A stretch of 20,000 nt of DNA, taken from NCBI GenBank assembly GCA_000934665.2, contig JYFJ02002026.1, positions 44,268-64,267 on the forward strand, given 5' to 3'. The position numbers and the translations under genes are program-made. Positions 10,041-20,000 of the stretch are shown in pieces. Positions within the stretch are counted from its first letter, which is position 1. Each line of letters opens with the position of its first letter. The stretch is from Catajapyx aquilonaris. Its lineage: Eukaryota. A model generated the notes under the pieces. That model did not search any database, was not told where the DNA came from, and was given only the letters and a program-made list of their open reading frames with translations.

Positions 10041-13000
10041 GAGAGGATAGGAAGCCCTCCCTTAATGCTTCTCTCTTTGTGAGCCAAGCAGAAACGGGCT
10101 TTGGGACTGGTGAAAAGAGCCTCAGTACTAAATTGGGAAGAAGGGGAAAAAACCCCTAGAAACGCCAGAGACACTCGCTCTAAAGCATCCCTTGCAGATG
10201 GGAAGAGATGTTTCTTCAGGAAATTGGAGCCTGCATTTTTATGATCATTATGAGTGGGAATAGTTGCGAGTGTCAGGATTTTGTTTGAATCGCAATGAAA
10301 CAACCTTGTGATTCGGATCACGTTTACTTGCGACAAGTCTGCTTCTACAGCATAAATCCGGATGATCCAGCAGGTCTCCCGGAATGTCTAGAGTAGTCCC
10401 GGGTGTTTCCCACGGGACCTCCAACTTTGCTTTTCGTCTCCAAGTCTTCAGGGGACGCTGACTTTTTTTCTTCGGAAGACCTGTCGAAAAGAGCTGAAGC
10501 AAGGGCTTTATGAAACATTCAGTCTTGTCTTCCAAGATTGTTTGCCAACACTTTTCTGATTTTTTGGAAACCGGATTTATTCGGACAGGACACTAGGCAC
10601 CAATCATTGCTGGATTTGGGAGGTATAAAAAAGCGGATGAAGCAGTATTTCAGTCTGTACTTTAACGTTGTCAGAGAAAGTAAATCTTCTGGAAGGCTTC
10701 CCCTCTCCGTCATTTCCACTCCAGAGGTGCAATCCTGACATTGCACGAGCCCCCGTCGGACACGACTCCAGGAGAACAAGATATATACAACTGGTAGGGT
10801 TGGGAAGTCCTCGTCTTTTCCTCTGGGCGGCTGCAGCCGGCAGATTAATGAAGAGGACTGGGGGTAGTGAGTGTGTGTGGTTGGGAGACAAGAGGCAGTG
10901 GAAGTGCTGGGGAGCTGCTCATTAAGAGTCTGCAGGATCCGAGCCAAGCTCGTGTAATTACACCATTGTAGATATAGGACGCCTAGAAGGGGTTTTGGGG
11001 GTAAGGGGGGGGGGGTCTAAAACCAGGTGCGCTTCCTATTAGCAAAAGCTACTCTCCAACTTCTGGACCCTTGTCTGCTCTGCATTTGGACATCTGTTCA
11101 TTACAGTAATGTTTCGACAATTTTCTCAAGTTTTGTGTAATAATAATTTGCAGATTTGTTTCGGGTCTTCCTGTCTGTGTGTATAAATTTTAGATTGCGT
11201 GATAGAGAGAGAAACAAGGGGTTGTTGACTCGCCCACCGGAGGCCCTGAGGCAAAGGTAAACACCGGAAAAAGGGGTGGGGTGGAAGGCAACATCGGGGA
11301 CGAGCAGCTCATCAAATTGGCAGGACAACAGAGTGTATATCTCAGCGCCACGGTTGTAGCAGACAAAGTACTTTCTAATCGAGTTTCACCTCTTAAGGGA
11401 GAAGGTGGGGTGGTGGGTGGAAAAAGGGAGGCCCGGAGAGAGAGAACGTTAGGATGCATTTATTTCTCCCCCCGTTGCTCTCGATTGGAAATCGATTTCT
11501 AAATTTGCAGACGTCCAGAAGGCGGTTCGAGAGGAAGGTAACCCTACAGGGAGTGGTCCTGCACAAGGTGGCTCGCCAAACTTCATGCCCGAACTTGTAT
11601 GCACCAGAGGATCACTTTTTGTAGAGATGTCATTTGGTCCTGGAAGCCTCGTTAACTAAATAATTGGCTATGAAATGTTGAAACCGACCGTGCGCATCCC
11701 TACTGCGCAGCAAGTCTTGCAACTACCTTTTTTTTTTTAAAAAAAGAACAAAAATTGCTGATGGACGCTGCATCCGGACCATCCGGTTGATGAAAAGACT
11801 CCTTGGCTCCTTGGAACCGGATTTGACGGCGGGATATTCGCCTCGTCACCCTTGTCTCAGCCCCCTGAGGACAGATTGGACCCGGATATGGCCCCGAATT
11901 ATATTCCGACCCGGTTCGAGCCATAACCCCTATAGTGTGTCTGCTGGGAGGAGTTTAGGCCCCATATTTTTGCTGGAGTCGCCCCCCCCCCCCCTTTTTT
12001 TTTTCTCTTTCAAAAAAAGCGCATGTCAGACCCATCTCCAACACTTGTCTCTTCTAGAGAGGACACAGGCTTAAAAACACTCTCCCTTTTTTGGGGGTGG
12101 GGACGCTGGATTTTTGTTGAGCTGGGATGAGTTTCGATGCAGATGAATCCGGCGACGATGTGGAAACCGGTCCGTGTCGACGCTGATAGACAGTCGTAAT
12201 CTGTTCCCAGAGATTTAAAATCCACCGATCGATTGCGCTTTGTAAAAAAAAGGGATGACTTGACAGGCCTCGATATGAATAGGCTCTAATGCGCTTAGTT
12301 TTGCGAATTGGGGGATCGAGAAAGGAAAAAAAGAAATTTGTGCTCGTATCGCCAAATCCTATCTTTGAAGTGAAAGAAATAAGGCTTCATGCGTACTTGA
12401 TAGTAATATGAGTAAAATATACCACGATGTAATACTTTGTAGGCCGCATTGCGTCTGTTGTTCTGCAAGAAACTGCTTATATGGTACAGCTGACAGGATA
12501 TCATTGCTTTTGCCACATGCATTCGAGCATTTTGCACATTTCTGGCGAATTTCCAAAATGCTGAGCGAGACCAAATTTCTTGCTTCGGTTTTTGGCCCCC
12601 TTCGAGGCATACACCCCTAGATTGCAATCCGGTACAAAATCAAGTATCTGCAAAGAAAACTTGCGCTTTGAAGACTTTGCAAACTGTTAATAGTTTAGTC
12701 CTGGCACAATTCAGAACTTTTCCCGAGGAAAAGATTTGTGCAGATTTTGGTCAATTACCCCAACTCATTGGCACAGCAGAAAGTTTGTGCAGTTCTTGGG
12801 TGATTGAAATGGTAATTTAGAGGCTCGAGACTCTTGATGCGGTTTTATATGAAAGGTCTTTGTAGTATTGAAGAAATTGCAAATTGCAAAAACGGTTGAT
12901 CGTTCTTGTCGTGACTTTTGAAATGAAAACGATGGATAAGGGAAAAAACGATAAATGCGGGAATTCAGGTTTCACTTTACATAAAAGATGTGCTTGCTGC

Positions 13001-16000
13001 AGGAAATTGTTCAGGTTCTCCTTAGATATAATAGTTCCTGTGGTCGACCTGAAAAGAATGCCTCTAATAACCCATTGTGTGTACCGACCTTTGTAAAGAG
13101 TAACCACCTGGGAGCAGCACTCTAGGGGGGATCTAGAGCAAATAAACCAACCCTGCAGGAGAAAATTGGGCGGAAATGTTGAAGGAGAGGACTTTATTCA
13201 GACAACACGAGCACTCATCCCCATTGAGCAAAGCCTGGTCGCAGTGGGTGTGTTTACCTGGCTACAATGAAGATGAGTGTCATCCATCGAGTTCCTACTC
13301 TTCCCTTTTTTTCCCCCCCCTCTCCTATTGTCGAGGTCTGCTCCAGATGGATGAGAAAGTGGGTCCCGATGATGTCTGGCGCACACTGCAGCTCAACCTC
13401 TCATTGCGATCGAAGCACCGCGGTTTTCGACTCCCTGAGTGCCTGCTAATGAAAGCTCTAGAAGGGCGAGTCTCAATGCTTTGCATTCAGATCAACCCAC
13501 CCACGTATACCCCCTCCGACAAGACCGGGATTTACAGGGCGGTCCATTGCCGCACCTTTTCCAAGGATACAAAATCCCTAGAGGCGTTGTCCGTATTAAT
13601 TGTGCTGGCTTGGATGGAAAAGCAATTAATCTGTAGGTCTTCATTGGCAATGTCACAAAGAGATGTCGGGACCGGTAAAGGGGGGGGGGGGGATCTGGTG
13701 TGTGCTGGAAGCTGGATCCGGCCAACCATAATTCCTGGGGACAAGAGTGTCTTGCCAGCCAGACACAATCGGACCTTTTATCATGGCTTGGAAGGGCCCC
13801 GCACTTACGGACAGGCAACTTTTCCTACNCCCCTTCCATTGTTGCGGAATCGGGAGGGAAATATCGATTCTGATGAAAGAAGGAACGGGACGAGTTTATT
13901 AAGTCCTTCATTATTAATGTTTCGATCTCGCGTTTCGTGGGCTGTGCGATACTCGGTTGTGTAGTTTAGTTGTCGAGTCACTTATTGTTTAGCGAGGCGT
14001 CTCTTAATGCCCAGAAGCGGTAATGTTGATTTTCATCCTTGCTCGAGCAGCATTCCCTTATATAGCCGGTGGGGGCATTTGTGCCTGTTCACTCGTGTGT
14101 AGTTGACCTCCTTTGATAAACCAGCCTATATACACGGTTTTCTGAACTGGGCAGATGCTGCAGTGTTGCGATAGTAATTTGCTTGAATGTGCGCACACAG
14201 AGATTTTGGAGTTAAAGATAATTATATACTATTCAGCATGTTGACGTTTCTCAATATATTTGCACGAGAGATAGATTCAATACTTTCCTTCCGTATTTGC
14301 GATTGTGATAAGTATTGTGATCACTTCAAATGGGATTGATTCCTTTGAAACAGACCAGAAAGGTACAAACTGCACCATTCTAAGATTATAAATGCTGTTT
14401 GAATTAACAATAACTTACTGATGGTTTTCATGGAATGTACTTCACCAATAATTAATTATTATAGATTGCACAAATTGCATCGTGATGACTACAAGATATG
14501 GTCTGGCAGCAGAGAATGTATAATAATGCAAATTTTCCAGTGATTTGTGGCCATATCTGACTGGAAAATTGCGACATCACAATTTTAAACTCGCAATATC
14601 GCATGTGGAAGTGTATGACTAGATTTTTTTCCCCCTCATTCGAGTTTCACTTTTGTACCTGATGCTACTGCCAACCTCCACTAAAAATTATCGCACCCCA
14701 CGGAGAAATCAACACTGCGAACGGGCCGTTTCTGCTGTGTCCTTTGATAAAAGTTAATTGCAATATTTTTTTATATATTTGTTAACGCGAGCATAGTGTG
14801 CAACTTTCAGAGCCAGAGTATATTGCCTTTGCGTCCAGTTTAGCTAATGAGACACTGTAATGAGAGTTTAACAATGCCAATTTCCAAAACTGCACCACCC
14901 TTTTTGCCATTAACCTAATTTAGCACCAACTATTCGCATGTGCCACAATTAGATTTCTGTATCGAATAAGTTGGCAATATGAAAGTGGTCTGTTCTGCAA
15001 GTTTTTTTTTTCATGCCAATTACTTACAATATTCCCAGTCGACAGAATATACGCTTACAAACTGCCTAACTTTGCGGAGAAGACATGACTCTAATTGAAA
15101 AAGCTGGGGCTGGAGATCAGGTCATCTTCCAGGATCCGGCGCTGGAGCAAAAATGAGATGAAAACAACTCCGGAAAAATAAAGTTGGTCCGGAATCTTCG
15201 TGCTACAAGGACCTGAGGGAGAGATAAGACCGCAGTTTTGACGTGAAAAAAAGTTTATTTGTTATAAAAAAACTGCCCGTAGTTTATTTCAAACTGAAGT
15301 TTCTCTTTGGCCACTGCATAAGTATGTAACCACATCATAAAAATAAATATTCAAGCCGTTAGTGGTATGATCTTCTCCAATGGTACTCGAACCATTGTGG
15401 TTTCGGAACGGGCGTCATATTTGCTTGAAAATAAGAAAAGAAGCGAAGGTTTAATAACCGTGGCTTTATTGTGCGAGGTCGAATAGTTGTAGTGTTAAAA
15501 AAAGGTGCAGTAGTCTGGATATAGCTGACGGCTTATTGATTGATGGCCTGCTTTGCTGCATGAGAGCTCTGGCAGGTGTGCTTGATTTTCTTTTGCTGCA
15601 CTTCCCCCGGCGCGGAAACCAATTACTTTTCTGGGGTCATGCTGTGGGGTCAGGTCCTAGACTTGGAAGAAGAAGAAAAAAAAACTTCTATTTCCTTTTT
15701 CCTACTTCTCTTTTAGATTTCTTTTTGCCCTCCTATTGTGAAGCGAAAAAGCGAGTCAGTGGCAGGTGTGCAGTGCAAGTTCCTCACTGTCACTCAATGT
15801 AAGAGGGTAATGGCACTTCAAAGTGCGCCTGGTTTCAAGTATACTAAGCGAGAAAAGGGTAACTCTATAGGCCCGCGCTGATATGCGATCCTTTGGCAGC
15901 TGATTAGCCTTATTAACGCGCGTCCTGGACTGATGGATTAGGAATTTATTCCCAGGGGATAATGAGAGTCATCACAGAAAATGCATGTACAGTGCACCGA

Positions 16001-16956
16001 GGGGAGGTCATTGATTTTACATTATGTACAGTGATGTATGTGCAGGCAGTGAGATTTAGATAATCCGGACTAAAGACGGAATGGCTCTGAAACGATTAAA
16101 TTCGGAGCGGGATGAAATTGCTTACTCTAATATGTACAGTAATAGAAACTTGTAATGCGATAAATTTTAGCACAATTTTTGTACTTTAAAAAGCGCGGTA
16201 GGTGTTATCCCTGCGGTGGGAAAATCTGTTTCAGAATATCCATTAAAATTATAATCCAACGTGTAATCTTTTCGTCGGCGTTATCATCGCATTAACGTGA
16301 CATTTACTAGTTTGCACTATAATGTAACGTGTGTAGTAATAGATTATTTCGGACGCGAGCATTTCGATGTGACCTAAGCGCCCCCGGTTTGGGATGAAAG
16401 CTGACAGGTAACATTGTAACAAACAGTTTTTTTTTTGGGGGGGGGGAGGGGGGCCGTTTAGTGCCTCTCCCCAGATGCACTCATTTTTTTTTTCCTCCCC
16501 TCCTCTCTCCAAATTTCCATTTTAGCGTCATATGGCAACCTCATTAATACGTTTTGAAAAACAATCCCAGGCGGATTAACGCCACCACCACAGCAAAGCC
16601 ATCATTCCCTCGCCATAACATCCAAGGTACCATGTTATCGATGGACCTGCTTTTTTATTCAAATGCATCGTATGGAGCAATGGATCAAATTATTCCTCTA
16701 CAGCATTTCAGCTTTTTAAAGAAATTCCTGCCAGTCGACACACATTTTAAATAGTAAATAGAGGCTATACCCCCAACAATTAGCCACGAATAGTACCAAC
16801 CAGTCCACGCACACATACACATGCAAAACACGTGTAATGTGCCACCATATCGGAAACCGCCGCCAATATTTGCCCAATGATCCGGCGCAATTTCATTAAA
16901 TATTTTGTGTCATTTTTTTTCATACAGCAGGTGCCTGGTTGCTGGTTGGAAAATCC

Positions 16957-17053
16957 GGGGATGGGTGTTGGGGGGTGTGTTGGGATGGGCCAAAACCGCA
17001 ACATTATTATTCCTCCGGAGGGTTTGAAGGTGTGGGGATGGTGGGTGGGTGGG
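16957..17053 (+). other. Two adjacent G-quadruplex-forming motifs
   Basis: GGGG-AT-GGG-TGTT-GGGGGG-TGTGTT-GGG-AT-GGG (16957-16989) and GGGG-ATGGT-GGG-T-GGG-T-GGG (17034-17053) both fit the G3+N1-7 x4 pattern. Motif match only. Confidence 0.55.
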
Positions 17054-18211
17054 TGTGATTTGCACTGTTTCCATGCAGGCGTGATCGGGTGAGGGAAAAG
17101 GGCCTAACGAATCTGGCACCCCCTTGCATCCCAATCCTCCAAACGGGGACCTCTAATCCTCAGCTCGTGCTGCGCTGTCCACGTCCCAAAATTGCAGCCA
17201 TGCAAATTGTGTGTCCCCTCTATACCTGCTGACCCCTTCTCCAATGGTCAGTCCCGGATAATACCCAGTGGACGCCCGCTTATTTGCTTCATGTGCCTTT
17301 CTGTAATGTGTTGACACGATACAGCCTCCGTTTTTTTGGCGGATGCGGAATCGGCCAACAAAGTGATTAGTCGTTTTGCGGTCTAATTCGAAATCCAGGG
17401 CGGATTGAGTGTATGGTTAGCCCCCGGAACATATTTCTCCAGCTGAGGCCTGTCTGGATGAGGCTTCCCTGTTGGTTAGTTTGGGGAGGGTAGAAAACAC
17501 CCTGGCACTTTGCCCCATCCCCTCCCCCCAAAAGCGCGCCTGTTCATTAGTCTGTAACTACACCTTAATTGGAGGTTGCTGGCCGCAAGTAGCGCTTTGC
17601 CTTCCCCGAATTATGGCAACCGCAAAAAGCTCTGTTACATTGCCAATTTGTTTCCATTTTCTGGGCTGCTAAAACGTGGGAGGACCTCACCTCCTTTTAG
17701 ATTGGTTTCACTTTCATGACCGGAACATGTGGCGTTACAGATGACTATTAATTCATAGTTCACTGCTAATAACCCGGTTCTTCTGTACAGTTTTTATTTC
17801 CCCAGTTCTTTTCTCGTGTCGGAGAGTCTTACGGTATGAAATAATTGCTGGAGTAAACACCACCATTACTATCGAATCATTGCTTGAGAAACATGGCAAC
17901 AGCAGAATTATCGGCAGCACATAAGGCCGATGTGATAACGCCCCGTCAATTCGCCATATCTTGCTGCCAAATTTTGCATGTGCCATCAACATTTCATACT
18001 CGACATTATTAATGGCCAGAGCACGAGCAATTTCGGCTCACTTTGCCATAAGCTTCTCCGATGCCAGTATAAAACCCCCTCCCCGGTCTCTTTCTAATGT
18101 GAACTAATCTGTCCCAAAAATATTCCTCCCACATTTTTCTATTTTTTTCCCTCTCTATCTCTGTTTTTAACCCCCCTTAATTTTTTGTGTTGTTTTTTAT
18201 ATCCGCCACAG

Positions 18212-18271
18212 ACATAGTGTCATCATCCCCTTGCTCTCCTCTCTTGTACCACCTGCGGACCTGTCTCAAAG
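18212..18271 (+). other. Candidate 60-nt internal exon
   Basis: A long pyrimidine-rich tract (~18123-18200) ends in CCACAG (AG at 18210-18211), followed by 60 nt and AAG|GTAGGC. The length is a multiple of 3 and two of the three frames are open. No recognisable homology. Confidence 0.3.
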
Positions 18272-19037
18272 GTAGGCTTTTTCCCGCCAAATTAATTTAT
18301 GCCGAACGATCGGGCTGACTGATTGGTGGCTTCATTAATTTGCACGTGCACCTTCCGGAGCTTTTACGCACGGTGGAGGGACATACAATACAAAAAAAAG
18401 AGGGTTTGGTGTGCGGTGGCTTTTTCTATACTATTTGCTCTAGTGTTAAGAAAGGTGTTCATATACAGTTACACAACAATGCTTGGGGTTTAATCTATTG
18501 TTTTGTTCTTACAGTTTGAACTGGCTAATATGAACTAAACTATACAAGGGTTTGAACACCTTTGCACATATACGTACCTGTTGATGTGTTGTCCGGGGAA
18601 AAAGTAGTCGCGTATATGCAGTAGAGGTGTGTTCAATTAACCTGGCGACTGATCAGAGCACGTTGACAGGTGGAAGCATAATTGATATGGCCGCAATAAC
18701 GCCCAGGATTAGCGGCGGACAGGCGCCGGCCATTCTTTTTCATTAGCACCCAGTGATTGGCGGGGATGAATTTGCGGGGATCTCGATTGGGATGATTTGC
18801 GGATCGCAACCATATTCGTACACACTACTCGATGTGTTTAAAAAAATTATTATAAATGATGCTGATTGTGTGGTTGCGGAGACGCGTCTCCAGACATTGC
18901 ATGATTCAACAGCGTGATTTTTATTCAAAAAAATAATGAAGAGTAACTCTAATATTGCCTATACTTTTCGCGAAAATGGCCTAATAAATTGCAAACATTT
19001 CTGGAGTGATGTTAGGCTCGTTAGTAAAATGGCACTG

Positions 19038-19201
19038 CACCCAAATTGGAGGAGTAGCGTTACACACTCTGCACCAATTACTGTTAAACACTGTAGTGCC
19101 CAACAATAGCAGCACCGCCGTTTAATTGAGGCTTAGAGTTATTCACAGTGCTTTTAATTCGAGCCATCGACCAGCCGGCACACACAGTTTTTTTTTGGGT
19201 G
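19038..19201. mobile_element. Possible small CAC-terminated MITE relic (CMC/EnSpm-like)
   Basis: CACCCAAA...TTTGGGTG 8-bp inverted termini with TG on both outer sides (19036-19037, 19202-19203) and internal CACTGT/ACAGTG motifs. The TIR is short, so a chance match is not excluded. Confidence 0.25.
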
Positions 19202-20000
19202 TGCAAATGCTCTTGCGGTGTGCGCGTAATGAAATACCATACAGGTATATGTAATAGTAAGCGAAGTGAGACGTGACCGTGGCGTTAATGAAAGTGTCGG
19301 CCGGCATTTATGAAGTTAACGCTTGCCGCGGATACAGATGACTAAGTAAAAGGTTTTCGTCGGTGGTGCTGGGCAAGTTGATGAACCAATCCTGGTGGCC
19401 CTGTCAATTTCAATCAACACCCCCCCCCCCCCCTCCTGCCACAAACATTCCCCCTCCATTTGCTGGAAGCAATTTTCCCATCGACTGAAATAAAAAAATA
19501 AATAAAACGCTTGCTGCACGATGGAGTCATTAAAAAATGACGGCTTGTTTCAGACCGAATTATCAACAGTACGTGTATATTTGATCAGCTTGGAAGTCGG
19601 CTGTGTAAAGATGAATTCAGGGGAATGAAATTGCCAATCTGCACTATATCTATAATATTAAAATCCTTCGTTGTTTGTGCAAGCCTTCTGATTGGTCCGC
19701 GGCATATTGTTACCGCGACGCTTCCGATTGGCCTCTTCACACAGCAATATGAGTAAACAGCGCCCTTTCGTTGACACTGTTTACTCATACCAAGAGCTAA
19801 TAACTGAGAGCCTCCGAGTGCCCTATCCCTGCCGTATTGCTTGGTTCCCGAACCTCTCCGCGGAACTGGCGACTCCCCAGACGGGCTCGGCCAACTCGCG
19901 GCAGCAACATTAACACGTTAAGTATACATGGGAAAAAGGCCGAGTACGTCATCAGCATGTACGAGTCCTGAGGCATTCCCCCCTCCTTTGAGGAAGGTCC

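Noticed and set aside
9792..10336. Poly-Glu, poly-Arg and poly-Ser ORFs
   Set aside because: Three readings of the (GAA)11 microsatellite, with no domain-like sequence around it.
11913..11922. Pol III B-box-like GGTTCGAGCC (tRNA or SINE)
   Set aside because: No properly spaced A-box, cloverleaf or tail.
14161..14717. CAGTGTTG...CAACACTG possible hAT-like termini
   Set aside because: Only 8 bp of inverted identity and no 8-bp target duplication.

Overview
Eukaryotic, almost certainly non-coding DNA (intergenic or large intron). Roughly balanced GC, no obvious CpG depletion, and many homopolymer runs and short microsatellites suggest an invertebrate animal (inference). None of the supplied ORFs resembles a protein family I recognise, and there is no operon, rRNA, tRNA or CRISPR array. 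The one well-supported structure is a TA-flanked, Tc1/mariner-type non-autonomous foldback element at 2866-3916. It has 16-bp TIRs and degenerate inverted arms. Its central ~79-bp hairpin is amplified into a 9-copy tandem array, followed by a duplicated right half carrying a tenth, diverged copy. On the + strand each repeat unit can fold into a ~71-nt, 30-position stem-loop of pre-miRNA size. Weaker signals are other hairpin or MITE-like relics, a candidate 60-nt exon, a 262-codon orphan ORF, G-quadruplex motifs and small TF-motif clusters. Two single-N positions (5519, 13829) may be assembly joins.
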